A stretch of 64,000 bases of DNA from Nymphaea colorata (GCF_008831285.2 NC_045138.2:21638001-21702000); one strand, 5' to 3'; positions 12,113-25,043 are shown, counted from the first letter of the stretch. Numbers and translations: made by a program. Notes: generated by a model from the letters alone, not told the origin.

Positions 12113-14047
12113 CCTGAGATTTCATCCAAGGCACAACCCACTAAGTCAATCTCTTTTGATTTGGGATGTCAACAGATATACCCTTAATTGTATCTATTTT
12201 TTTTGGATATTCACATATTCAAATTGAAATAAGAACAAAGAAAAGTCATATCTGAATCTGAAATCCAATTTCACAATTTGAATCCGATCAAAATATGATT
12301 TTTACATGCATTTCTAAATCCAAATTTTGAATTGGATTCGATCAATTTTCAAAATTTAAGAGCATTGATCTTATGATATTTATTTAAAAATAAATCCGAT
12401 CCAAATATGGATCCAAATCGAATCAGATATTCTGATTTCTTTATCAAATATTAATTTTTTTGTCATATCCTTTCTTTTTTTGAAATAGTTCAGTTGAATA
12501 TCCAATTCAAATCGGATATATTTAGATTCCTACTTTTGGTCCAATATATGTTAAATTTATGACCTTTTTCTGAGTTTATCCTTTCTATGTCACTCATACT
12601 CATGTTAAGAAAGTAACAAGGTGGTGGCTCCCTTCATTTTTGTCCCCAGCTTCCATGCATATCATGATAATGGCTGTACTTAACAAGACATGGAAATGAT
12701 GCGAAGTGAAAAACGAGACATGAAAACAAAGAAACAACGGCTATATGCATATACACTGGTTCATAGTTTTACCTAATCCGATGGTATATATAGGTAAGTT
12801 CAGTATAAACTTTGTGTTAAGAATCATCTGTTAGTTCATAACTTTGGGCAAATAAAATCTAGGCATTCTAACCCATAAAAACTTTTGATGCATTTTGAGC
12901 CATTGAATATATATGCCCTTTATTTTCCTTGTTACATATTGATTTTGGTTTATTTGTTAATAAAGTATTTATGTAGTTCATCACATTAGCTTGTCGTAAG
13001 GCAGGAAACGTTGTCGCACGTTTGTTTGTGTGCTCTTATATTTGGGTGAGCGAGAGGATCATCCCATGACCCGAAGCAAGGCCTGAAGGACCTCTCATTC
13101 CCTTTGCATCTGGGGTCCTAAGTAGCGTCAGTGTTAACGATAGAACGGTGCACCTTCAACTTGGATGTTGCGCCCTACTACCTTAAGACACAAAAACATG
13201 CTATGCCCCTTGAAGCATGTGTGTGCTTATATATATTAACAAAATATAAAAGAAAAATAAACAAAAATGAACCGGCTTTCCTTAAGTGGAAAATGAAATA
13301 GAATCCTTAAATTTTATATTCTTATTTTTCATTTCCACAAGTGTAGTTTTTCAAGAACAACTAGATTGATCATCAACTATTCCATGTCACTACTGAATCG
13401 TACTAAAAACAATTTTTTTTTCTTGATAAGTATGGACATTGACCCAATAGGGGGGGTGCATTTATATTTTTAACATTCCATGTATTTATAAGTAGCAGCC
13501 TAGTATTTATGAAATTACAAGTTACCACCTGAATTTGTAAACTAATTCACAAATAGATGCTTCATGAATGAAAAGTATTGAAATAAACTTAAGCATGCCA
13601 TTTTAACACAAACATGTATCCATTAAGTTGTCTATTTGACTATTACACATTTACTTGCAAATATATCAAAAAATAGAGAAGTCACTTGTAAAATTCTTTA
13701 TTCTCTACTAATTATAAAAAAAGCTTAATCACATTCTTTTATGAATTTTAGGGGGTGTTTGATTACTCGAGAGTTTAAATCCATGAATCTGGTGTGGCAT
13801 GCTTTCACTAACGTAACAAAAGATTTATAATAAACTCCATGGTTTATCAAACTAATATTCTTTGGAGAGACCCAAGATCCATACTTAAGATTCTTATTTT
13901 ACTTTGCATTGACGATAAAATTGGAAAAAGTAAGATTGGAGGAGAGAGGGACTTATTTTAAATCAACGTTTTCAAATCCCAAGGATCTCAAATTGGAGTT
14001 ATCATAAAAAACTTTTTCTTGGTAATTTAAACGTAATTTAAAAAAAA

Positions 14048-14915
14048 ATTAATAAATGAGTGTACTGCTGCTAGGGGTGAACACGAGCCGGGTCAAGCGC
14101 CAGATTAGTCAGCTCGAGCTCGGCTTGAGAAATGAAACCTCAAGCTCGACTCGGCTCGAGCTCAAGAATAGCTCAATGGAAGCAGCGCGAGCTCCGACAG
14201 TTACGTGTTGAGCTCGAGTTCGACTCGATTAAGGCTCGACAAACTCGAAAATTTAATAAATGAGTGTAATGCTGCTAGGGGTGAACACGAGCCGGGTTAA
14301 GCGCCAGATTAGTAAGCTCGAGCTCGGCTTGAGTAATGAAACCTCAAGCTCGACTCGGCTCGAGCTCAAGAATAGCTCAATGGAAGCACGTGTTGAGCTT
14401 GAGTTCGACTCGATTAAGGCTCGACAAACTCGAAAATTTAATAAATGGGTGTACTGCTGCTAGGGGTGAACACAAGTTCGATTAAGCCCCAGTTTAATCA
14501 GCTCGAGCTCGGCTTGAGTAATGAAACCTCAAGCTCGACTCGGCTCATGCTCAAGAATAGCTTGACAGAAGCAGCTCGATCTCGACAAGGCAGTTACGCG
14601 TTGAGCTTGAGCTCGACTTAATTAAGGCTCGACAAACTCTTTTGAATAGAAATGATATTCATCGTTACGTGTTGAGCTCGTGCTCGTTTCGATTAAGGCT
14701 TGACAAACTCGTTTGAATACAAATGATATTCATTGTTACATGTTGAGCTCGAGCTCGACTCGATTAAGGTTCGACAAACTCGTAAACTCGTTTGAATATA
14801 TCAACTTAATCAAGGCTCGAGCTCAACTCATTAAACAAACGACTTAGTTAGAACTTGTTCATGAATCTATCTTTAACGTGTCGAGATCAATAACTCTACT
14901 CGTTGTTTACCCCTA
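14048..14915. mobile_element. hAT-like non-autonomous element with GCTCGA-rich repeats and a triplicated left end
   Basis: Left TIR TAGGGGTGAACA at 14072, 14276 and 14461; right TIR TGTTTACCCCTA at 14904-14915; dense GAGCTCGA/CTCGAG repeats inside. Confidence 0.8.
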
Positions 14916-16560
14916 ACTTTGCACGCACTTGCAAATCCGACAAATCACTCGCAAAAGTTCACCGTTCACGACCAGTTTCTGTCGACGTAAAACATTCGTC
15001 ACCCGCTTTGTATTTTATTCAATTATTGCATGTTGCTTGGCGCATTTATTCATTTCATTTAATATTTTACCGTTGGAGGTTTCCATGAAAAAAAGATAAA
15101 AATAAAAGGGCCGCATCTGGTAGTTGCAGCAATGATTGTTCGCGTTTTATGTTAAGAGAGGCGACGAGGAATGAATGAAGGAATGAATGACCCACCATCG
15201 AGGCATCCGTTAATTAATCCAACCGTCCAGAGCCCTTCGTCTAATCACACGGCCAAATTAAAAGCAGGATTAATGAGAAACATTGACGAAAAATTTCTTC
15301 TCGCCTCCCATCGTTTAGACTTAATCCCAGAAAAGAGGCCTCGTTTTTTTCTCTTTTCATCACGCGGGCCTTCCTTCATGTTCTCGCAAAAGGGCAGCTG
15401 TTCTTTTTGCACCTCCAAAACTCTTTTCAGTGGAAATGAAAAGGAAAAAGAAAAAGGATTCAACTTTTTAAAGAATGGTATAAGTTTTATAAATCTGCAC
15501 ATGTTCCGAGGAGATAAGATTTCGCTTGATGCCTCTTGTTTGGCACTGGGGGATGCAGTGATCTCCTTTAATCTAATTTGGATTTGAACTTTTTATGGAA
15601 TCGATCTTTTATCAGATCTTGAGTTCAAATTATAGAATTGCATTTCAAATCCAAATCCAAACCCAGTTATTGTTAGTTCCAAGTTGGCCCTTATGAGCAA
15701 AGTTTGAAAAGCTTGCTTTTGAAATTATGAGCAAAAGATGAGCATCTACATGAAAAAACAACTTTTTAAACCATTGATTGGTGAAATGAGAAAATGGAGA
15801 AAAAAGTAGAAACAAGTGGCAGATATGATTGAAGGTGGGAACAGCACATCCTCCCACTCTTCTCGGGTTGGCAGCGGCATCTTCCAACTGTGCCTTCTGC
15901 CCACTGACCGTCCTACGCCAGAGCCAATAAATGCATTGTCGAACATTATATTATATATTATATTTATGTGCACGCACCTTTACATTATGTTTCTCGAGAA
16001 CAGAGCTAGGACACAATCAAGGCTATGAATAGGTGAAGTTAAATTCTTCCGAGGTGGTGTTTGATAACTTGGATTTCAAGATTAAATTCTTTCGCGGTGG
16101 TGTTTGATAACTTGGATTTGAGACGAGTGCATAGTAAGTTTCTCATGTTTTAGTAGTGGGGATCTTAGATTCAAACTACATAAATAAAAAAAAAAACCCA
16201 TAGATTTAAATTTAAGGTCGACCGATCTCAAATCCGCGATGAAACAAACACACGCTGAAGATCCGTCTATTTCTTGGTTGTATTGATTTTGATTTGGGTA
16301 GAGCTTTCGTAATATTGGTTTAAAATTCAGCTTGAGAACTACCCCAAGCTCAAATATGTAAACAGCCCAAGCTTACATTACATAGCTTCCTTTGCATTTG
16401 ATAGAGCTCGAATGGAACCGTAAGAATTCAAATAGTAAGGTTCTTAATCGAGAGTAAGCACATTCTCCCTTCCCAACTAAGAGAGGTTCTAAGTTCAAAT
16501 CCTCTTTCTCTTGCTTTGTCAAACCAAATCACTAGGGACTTAGCTCGGCTCAATCTTAAG

Positions 16561-16724
16561 CAGTGGCGGAGATACATGGTGACTCGTGTGGGCAACTGCC
16601 CACACCAGCTTCACAAAGTTTATTTGTTTTTACATCAGCAATTTGATATATATAGGTGCCCCTAAAAGCATAAAAAGTATTGAATTAGTGCTCTCACCAG
16701 TCAAAATTTGTAGCTCCGCTAGTG
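16561..16724. mobile_element. hAT-type MITE with 8-bp TSD
   Basis: TIR CAGTGGCGGAG / CTCCGCTAGTG; flanks ATCTTAAG (16553-16560) and ATCTTATG (16725-16732), 7/8 identical. Confidence 0.75.
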
Positions 16725-18065
16725 ATCTTATGTCATTTTTCAACTTCTGCTCGTTCTCACTCGTTTGTATAAGTAAAACTAGTACTGGACTAAGTTTAGA
16801 ACTTGTTTGTGTTTATGAATCATGTTTGAGTACGGTCCGGAGCTCGGCCGGGCATCTGATTAAGATCCAACCCATGTGCACCCATAATTTTGAAAAGGAA
16901 CTGAGATGTATCTCTGACAAGAGTTAAGGGGATATGGTGCTGGCAAAGTGGTATCCAACCAGCCAATGCCATTCATCTGTGATCTTGAAGGTGTCAGCTG
17001 CAGCTATCCACCTTCAATGTGCACATGCACACACAAGAGGCAATTGGATGCTCTGAATTAGGGCTTCAGACCTAAAGGCAAGGATGTGTGGGAGAAGGAG
17101 CCCCATTAAAATCAGAAGATCTGCCAAATCACGGAATTTGGGTGATTTGGAATCGTCGCCATCCATCTTCTAGTGCCAAAAAAAAAAAAAAATTGGGTGT
17201 AGAACACGGAGTGCCGCCGTTTCTTCACTGGCCGGAAAGCTAATCAAATTGTTGCGAGAAAAACAAGTAGGTTGCACTTTATATGTTATCATTTGCTCAA
17301 AAAATAATAAAGAAGAGCCATAAATCTAAGTCTGTGGCGTGTCTTAACGGGTCGTTTGATAATGAGAACAATTTATTGTTATTCCATGAATTCGTGTTAA
17401 AAGATTGAGGTAAATTCACAGACCATTGTACGCAGTTAATCATAAATTATCTGATCTTTGAGACAAATTCATGAGAAAGTAACAAATTGTTACTGCTATC
17501 AACCGGGCTCCTAAGCAACTTTCGAGGTTGTTTACGTGCCTTTGCGATGGGTCTCGCAACTTGCATTAGAGGATGATGACAATGTAGACCACAAAGATCA
17601 GATATTGCCTAATCGCAGTGATTAGAAGGATCGCTAGATCAAGATGTTTCAGTTAATCACATGATTACGAATCACGACGAAATTGAGTTCAAATTAGTTC
17701 GTAGTTATACGCGGATACGTACACAAGAAGACACGAATGCATGTACATTGGTACACTAGAAAGATACATAACTACAAATTTAAAACGAATTTGACACAAC
17801 AAGTTTAAAAATTCCTCTTGGAAGCGAATCTCTGCGCAAGAAGGTAGACTTTGCAAAAATGAGTCATTGACTAAGAACATGGTTTGATTATTGTTATTAA
17901 ATGAAGAATTGTGCTTTTGAATAACGACAAGATTAAAAACCAATGAACTGATATTAAGGCTAAATACAATGCTTGGACCTGACAAAGTCAGATTTCATGT
18001 GGCATGGTCAAGCTAAAAAACAATGTATCATCATGATACGTATTGATACACGCAAAATAATGGAC

Positions 18066-18270
18066 TAGGAATGTCAACGGGTTGGTAACATCCAACTATC
18101 GACCCAAATCCGGATCCGCTTGACTGGATCTGGCAAGGGAAAAGTGGGTCCAGATCCTAGTCGGATTCAGACTTGCTAGGTGACCAAATCCGAATCTGAA
18201 TCCGAATTCATACGATATGATGCGGATTCGGATTGAGAAATTCAAGTCTGAATCCGGGTCCGAGTCGAGG
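18066..18270. mobile_element. Fragment of a hAT-like MITE (TAGGRATGTCAA end, ATCCG/CGGAT repeats); related remnant at about 12162-12530
   Basis: TAGGAATGTCAA followed by many ATCCG/CGGAT/GGATC motifs; GGGATGTCAA with similar motifs at 12.2 kb. Confidence 0.5.
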
Positions 18271-19931
18271 ATTGATAAAATATTTGATAAAACACAAGTA
18301 TGAAAGAATTCAGAATTGGGGAGTGGGGTTGTATAGTTGATGAGGGAGAGGGTGTATTGAGGAAGAAGGCAATGGAAAGGGATGTTCCCATGGAAGGGGC
18401 AGACTTTTTCTTTTCACAGATTGATTGACCAACTAAGGTGGGTCCAATTCCAATGAATCATGTTCCCCTTCTTTTATGTTCACATTTCCTTTTAACACTT
18501 GCTTAGCTGGTAAGGATCTCTCTCTCTCTCTCTGTTTCTCTCTCTCCCCTCATCATACACACAGAGACACAAATGTTGAGTTTTTAATTAAATAAAAAAT
18601 TTGAAGAGAGGTGTGTACATATTAAAATTTTCAAGCAATCAAAATCTATAGCGTATGTACTTAAAAAATAAGGTCATAAAATCACCTTCCAACATTATCA
18701 TTGAGCTACTTTTTTTTTTTCATGCATATTGGTTTTAATAATTCAACCAACTTCATTTGTAGGATTAGATTTCCAAAAAAACATCTGGCACTGACGGCCC
18801 GATCTAGATTTTATATATAAGGTAAGAGATCTCATGATGGGTGTTTCAGTTGCTTGAAAATACAGGTTTGGTTTTTGATTTCATAACTTAATTTCCAGTC
18901 TCCTTAAAATTAAGGACACATTTGATTTCCAAACGTGGTATTCTTTGTATGCTTTTATTCAAATCATATTTTATTGAATTTTGAAGTATGGTATTCTTTG
19001 TATGCTTTTATTTAAATCATACTGCATTTCAAAAATACCTCATGAATTATTTTGACTTCAATCCTTGAGAAGAATAAAAAAATATGGTTTCCTAGTAAAT
19101 AAGTGGGATTTTATTAGCAGAGAGAGCCGAAACTATTTATTTTAACTGCATGTAAAGTAAGCTCTACATATTACAGAAATTTGATATATATATATATATT
19201 TTTCTTTCATAGTTGTTCAAACATGGAGATCAAATCTAATGGGTCATTTCTGAAAAGAAAAATCTGTTTAAAATAAAATATTTTGTATGAAAATAAAGAT
19301 GGAAATATCCTGAAATCTTTGCTTACTGGCCTCTCTTGCAACATCCTGTCCACAAGCCCACAAACAGCTTTTTTTTAGTCGACTTTTTCCCACTGTGTAA
19401 ATTAGACTTTGTAGACCTCTAAGGTTGAAAAGAATAATTGATCTAAAAATTAGAACTTTTTCATATCATGTTCAAAAATCTTGTAAGAATGATTAAACAA
19501 ACTGTTTCACAAGTTTTTTCCTAGCTATTAAACCTTCGATAATTAAACACAAGAAATCGGTAGAAACCAGACCATTAGGTTGCGGACGCAAACCAGATTG
19601 TTTAAATATGATGTTTAAGGTTTTTTTTTTTTTTTTTTTGTAATCTTACCTTATCGATATCGATATGATATTAACACAGTAATTTTTTGGACTTTAATAG
19701 TTTTTATGGATCCCATAACATCAACATTTTGATAATAGAAAAATTCATACTTTACATAAAACCAACTTGCATCAAATCAAAGCATCTTTTATATCGAAAT
19801 AGTTTTATAAATATATTAGGATGTTTATATCTTATTTAAGATAATTTTTACCAAAAAAATTAGAAAAGTCTAATTTTTGTCCCCGACTGACGGTCTGGTT
19901 TCTGACAATTTCTCTCGTATAGGAAAATTGG

Positions 19932-19934
<3 letters not shown>

Positions 19935-19972
<38 letters not shown>
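19935..19972. repeat. (GA)n microsatellite
   Basis: Directly visible. Confidence 0.97.
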
Positions 19973-19976
<4 letters not shown>

Positions 19977-21279
19977 AGGGCCGGGGTGGGGTGGGAAGCG
20001 AATAAACTATTCAAGAAGGAACAATGACTATCTAATAAACAAACCAATAATTTAAGCAAACAACAGATACAATCGATAGGGAAGAGCTAGAGGAGAAAAT
20101 CTACCTCCAAATACGGAAGAGCAATCTCCGCAGACGTGATCTCCGCTACTGCACAAAGTCTGAGCGATCATTTAGTGGGAGGTCATGATGCGTGGTCATG
20201 CCTCGTTGTATTTGTTTCATTCTGCAGCTTGTGGGGTGCATTTCTTTTACATACAGTTGCCATAAACAAAGGAGAAAAGCGAAAAGAAGAAAAGAACAGT
20301 TTTTGTCTGAAACTAAACATATGTAACATATAACGTGGGAAGGCTTCAGAGGGCAGTTGTTGGTAGTAGAGGATAAGGTTGAACAGATAGTGTGTGTCCA
20401 AGAACATCCAACTGCTAGCTGGTTCAGAATATGAGGAAGAAGAAAGAAGCATGAAGATGCACAATGTCTGAGATACGGCCATTGTCAGGGGAAAGCAAAT
20501 GGCAGGAGACAGTACCTTTCAGGCTTTGGCCATGTGCGAAGAAGAAGAAGAAAGGAAAGAACAGAGAGAATGAAGAAACTAAACGAGAGGAGACCTCCAT
20601 ATTTCAATCTCAGGGTGTGGCAGAATCACCAATCAAGCAAAATTATTGGGTTTACTCCTCACGAAGAAAAAGAATTACTAGTACACAATCAAATTCACTA
20701 TACAAATCTGTTTGACAACAATAGTCCTTTGGACCAGCAAACAATAAGCTCCTTCTGGACTGTAAAAGTTTTTGAAAAGGGAAGGAAAACGGCAAACGGA
20801 TAGCTGGGAGGATCAATGTCCGTGCGTGCATTACCTGGGGTTCATCAAACTCTGGCGAGAATTAGGGGCACGCACTTGTGACTCCTGCAGCTCCAACAAT
20901 CGATATTTGACAGCTGAAAACAATTACAGCACTCTCCTAAGAAAGCAAAAATGCAAAACCCAGAAAGCCATGGTTGCCTGGTTGCTAGATGCATGCCGGA
21001 GATGGTGGCGACCTTCACTCTCTTTCTGATCTTTCATTCACTACTCAATCTCTTTTACATTTTTCACTTTATAAATGTTGGTCAGTCGCTTCGCTATCTC
21101 ACAGATGGAGAAAGATGAGAGTCTCCACGAGGAAGCTTCGGCAGTAGCGATTGCTCGAAACGGCAGTCTCCTGGCATTCTGCCCTCGAGATCTATGTGGC
21201 ATCACGAAACGATAGACTCTGCACCTCTTTCTCCGGCCACTTGCGTAGTGCCATCTGTTCGGTTGGAGAAATGAGCCAT

Positions 21280-22788
21280 CTACTGAGAACTCGTTGGATT
21301 TTCGTCACTGTTTTCCCCAGCTTGCTGCTGGTGGACGTTAGAACCCATACCCTGATGTTGGTGCTGTTCAGAATTGATCGAACTTCGACCACCACCGCTG
21401 CCGCTGCCACCACCGGTGCCTCCGCTTCCTCCTCCTCCAGCTCCTCCTCCCGTTCCTCCTCTGCTGTAGGCATTAAGGGCAGCCAGCATTCCAAGGTTTG
21501 TGTCCGAGATCCCCAACCCCAGATGTTGAGACCCACCAGGAGACTGCTGCTGCAGAACCATGGAGCCCAATGGAACTGGACCCACTCTACTACCCTGGAA
21601 CTCGAGGCCGCCGGAGAGATTGATCCGAGGCATAAATTGCAGAGGGGCCTGAATGGTGTGGCCGCTCCCTGTTTGAACCGAGCCGGAAGCGCCTAGATGG
21701 ATGGAAGCGCCCGCAGGCATCCTGTACATTGCGGCGGCGCCGCTCGGACCGGCTGAAGGGAAGGTCCAGATGGGTTCTGAAGGTCCAGGTCCCATGACGC
21801 CTGGGGTATTGGAGCCAGCGGTGACCGGAAGCATCCATATGGTTCCAGGCATGTGCTGTCCACTGGTGGACAAACCAGGAGCTGGGGCTACTGCCCACAT
21901 GGCGGTCGCCGGCATGACGCTAGAAGGCCTGACCATGGCAGCTGCAGCAGCGGCGGAGGAGGTGGATGGTTCCTGGCTTGATTGCTGCTGTTGATGTTGC
22001 TGCTGCTGTTGATGATCAGTCATGATCCTCAAGGGCTTAGAGGCTTCGGCACCGTCGTCCTTGAAAAGATCCTCCCTGAACCTCTTCCTCAGGTGGCTGT
22101 CCCCTGCGTAGTCGCCGCCACTCGCAACACTCAGGCCCTGATCTCCCATGTGATCCCCTCCCAGGACCAAATTCTCCTGCTGGAACCCGAGCATGGTGGC
22201 ATGGCTAAGCCCTGCGCCGGAATCAACGCTGCGAGCAGCCTCTTCCGACCGCTCCCAGTCGGCTGCGGCGGCTGCGGCAGTGCGCGCGTGGTGGTGCGCC
22301 AACGCAAGGGCGCTGTGGAAAGAAGGGGGCTGGGGCTTCGACGAAGGAGCGGAGAGGGTAGAGCCTGAGCTGCGGAGGGAGACGTTGAGGGTCGAGAAGT
22401 TGGCGGGGATAGTGCCGGTTCCGGTGGAGGCGATGATGGCTGGCTCCGCCTGCTGGAGCAGCCACTCAATGGTCTCGCCGTCGGACTTGTGGCCCAACTC
22501 GCGCGTGAGCTGGAAAACTCTGGCGGCGCACGTGGCCGGCATGCGAATGCGCCTCCCCCGCCCGTCCACCTTCGTGTGTCTGTCCTTGGAGGACCGCTTC
22601 ACTGCTGCCTTTTTGTTGGCATCATGGAGGACCATCGCCCCTCCTCCTCCGCCGCCGCCGTCTCCTCCTCCTATGGCGTTCGACGGCGATTCCTTCGTTG
22701 ATGTTGCTGCCTGTGACTTGTTGGTAGAAGACATGGCTGCCGGAGATGAATCGATGCGCTTGGAACCTGGGCCGCCTATGGAGCCCAT
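21280..22788 (-). CDS. TCP8: Class I TCP transcription factor, TCP8-like, 502 aa, intronless CDS
   Basis: Class I TCP domain [52 protein letters not shown], followed by [38 protein letters not shown] and [23 protein letters not shown], which match TCP8-clade proteins as I recall them. The orthologue assignment is inference. Confidence 0.95.
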   Translation of the reverse strand: MGSIGGPGSKRIDSSPAAMSSTNKSQAATSTKESPSNAIGGGDGGGGGGGAMVLHDANKKAAVKRSSKDRHTKVDGRGRRIRMPATCAARVFQLTRELGHKSDGETIEWLLQQAEPAIIASTGTGTIPANFSTLNVSLRSSGSTLSAPSSKPQPPSFHSALALAHHHARTAAAAAADWERSEEAARSVDSGAGLSHATMLGFQQENLVLGGDHMGDQGLSVASGGDYAGDSHLRKRFREDLFKDDGAEASKPLRIMTDHQQQQQHQQQQSSQEPSTSSAAAAAAMVRPSSVMPATAMWAVAPAPGLSTSGQHMPGTIWMLPVTAGSNTPGVMGPGPSEPIWTFPSAGPSGAAAMYRMPAGASIHLGASGSVQTGSGHTIQAPLQFMPRINLSGGLEFQGSRVGPVPLGSMVLQQQSPGGSQHLGLGISDTNLGMLAALNAYSRGGTGGGAGGGGSGGTGGGSGSGGGRSSINSEQHQHQGMGSNVHQQQAGENSDENPTSSQ

Positions 22789-23879
22789 AAACCGGCCGGG
22801 GGGCCTGCTGCTGCTGGGCCTGATGGTGTCGGAGCACTCCTGATATACTTCTCTTTTCCGACGGCTCCCTAGCCCTCCCGACTCTCTTTCTATTCTCCCC
22901 CTCTATTATATTTCTATATATATATATTTTTTGTATATCTATCTACCTATCTATCTATGTCTTTTGTCGTCGTCCTTGTGCCGTCTTCTTCCTTTCTTCT
23001 TCTTCTTCTCCACCACTTGATACTAACCCCCGGTCTCCCTCGACGCAATTAAGTGCTGCCAACAAGTTGAAGCAGAAGATGAGGACGAGATTAAGGGACG
23101 CCACCACCTGCATCGGAATTTGCCTCCCGTTGATCACTAAGACGAACAAAACAAATTCTCTCTAAAACAGGAACTCAGCGATGCATACCAGAACCCTTTT
23201 TCTATTGATGTTTGGTTTTCACTTTTTTTGAACCGAACTGGTTTTTCCTGCCCTACAATTGCTACTTCCTATCTACCAAGATTGACAAAACAGAAAGGGA
23301 GACAAGGAAAAGAATAGGGGAGCAAAAAGAAAAAGGAGGAGAGAAAGAATACGCACCTTTTCTCCGTTTTTGGTTATCTTCGCCTCTTATGGCAGCAACT
23401 ATTCTAAGCCGGCAGCCTCTCCTCTTGTGCCTCTCTCGCTCCTCTCCCCTTTTTCTGGGTCACCACCGCCGTTTTATCCGCACATGATTCATGTTGGTAG
23501 CCACCAGAGCGTGGGAAGAGCAGCAACAGCCCATTGCGGAGGTGGATCTCCCTCTCTCTCTCTCTTTCTGTAGTCCCCTCCCCACCTCCTCAGAGGAAAC
23601 GAAGAACTTCAGGAGAAAGAGAAAGAGAGAGAGGGGTCATGGGGGCCTCCTTTGTCCGACCTCTCTCTTCCACTAATTCTTCTGTTTCTGCAGTTATTTT
23701 ATTTTGCTGTGGCCCTGAAGAAGAGGAAAGCGAGATTGGGTCGATCGTGTAGGCTGCTGATTGACTCCTGTCTCGATGGAACCGTGGCGGAAGGAGGGAG
23801 GGAGGGAGGTGGCAGGGAAGGACGGTGGGAAGTTGAGGAGGTCGGAAAGCGGCCGGCCAGGGGGGAAGGAAAAACTTAC

Positions 23880-23991
23880 AAACCCTAAGCCTAGAGAGAG
23901 AAAGAAAGAGAGATTATCTCCTCCTTTTTTTAGTCCAACTGGTGGGGCGGCCTGAGAGGAAAAAGCAGCAGTGCCTCCCGCTCGTGGGACC
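23880..23991. promoter_or_regulatory. Telo-box (AAACCCTA, 23880-23887) and class I TCP site (GTGGGACC = GGTCCCAC, 23984-23991) upstream of the TCP gene
   Basis: Exact motif matches in the GA/CT-rich 5' region of the TCP gene. Confidence 0.45.
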
Positions 23992-25043
23992 TCGGAAGGA
24001 ATGTTAATTGGACTCCACAGAATCCCAACCCCGTTCCTCCGCCTCTTTCATCTTCACCCTCTCTTTCTCTCTCCTCCCCTTTTGAAATAATTTCTCTCTC
24101 TCCCCACTGTTCTCTCATTATCATGATGTCGTCCATGATTATGGCGATCAGTCGGAATTATTTGGAAAAGAAAGCAGTACAAATCCCTCTCTCTCTCCAT
24201 CTTTTTCCTTCCTTCTCTGTAATTGTCGCGCCCGCAGAGCGGGGGTCAAAGTCAGGGAGAAGGGAACATTTAAGGGTGGTGATTTGAGGACAAATCTGCC
24301 TGGGAAAAGATGTAAAGAATATTACCCAAATCATCACCTGATTAGTTCTTGTAGTAATATCCCCCAGCCTGTTTTACCCTCTCTTTCTCTCTCTTACTTT
24401 TTTTCTTCTCTCTTTCTATTCTTTTTGCGTGTTTCTCATGTCTCTCCCTCTAAATCCAGAAGCAAGACGCCCTCCCTTTCATTTAAACTGTTCTTCATCC
24501 AAAAAGAAGAAGAAAAAAAAAGACGGACAGCTGCAACCTTTACACGAAACATTCATTCATGCTCTGCAAAAGCAAACATGACCACCATGAACTTTCAGAA
24601 GGGAGAGAGAGAGAGAGAAGGAACTGTTGCAAAACCAGTGATGGGGATGAAGAGCAAACCGCCATTGACTGTTGGCAAAACCAGGGTAACCTGGTCATTT
24701 TGGATCAGAAGGGGAGCAGGGGCAGGAGCAGGAGCAGCAGGAGGGACAGACGCAGGTAAGCGTCAGATTGGGCATCTAGTGCAGAGACAGCTCATCCCAA
24801 CGCACACGCAAAAGGCTCCCGAAAAGAAAAACCCGTATTTGAATATTCATCGGCCAGTCAACTCCACCAAGCTGGGTTCTTCCCTTTTCCCTCTCCTTTT
24901 TTTTTTTTTTTCACATTTCAAATTTTTACTGTCAGTGTTATAACATAAAACGAGCATTATCTACACAAATCTCATAGTATCCGGGCTTAGCTTAGGTTGA
25001 TGCTCATATTTAAACGCCATTATCTCTTCAATTTTTTTTATTT

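Noticed and set aside
14048..14800. CRISPR-like array
   Set aside because: Eukaryotic DNA; units are long tandem duplications without unique spacers.
18391..18472. miR528-like TGGAAGGGGCA with a downstream CCCCTTC
   Set aside because: Only 11 nt match and the fold-back pairs poorly.
21151..22843. Several overlapping and antisense ORFs of 70-216 aa over the TCP gene
   Set aside because: Expected shadow frames of a GC-rich low-complexity CDS.
23880..23887. AAACCCTA as telomerase RNA template or interstitial telomere
   Set aside because: Single copy with no Pol III USE/TATA context; better read as a telo-box.
24284..24943. 219-aa plus-strand ORF
   Set aside because: Starts at TTG, runs through CT/GA and poly-T tracts, no recognisable domain.
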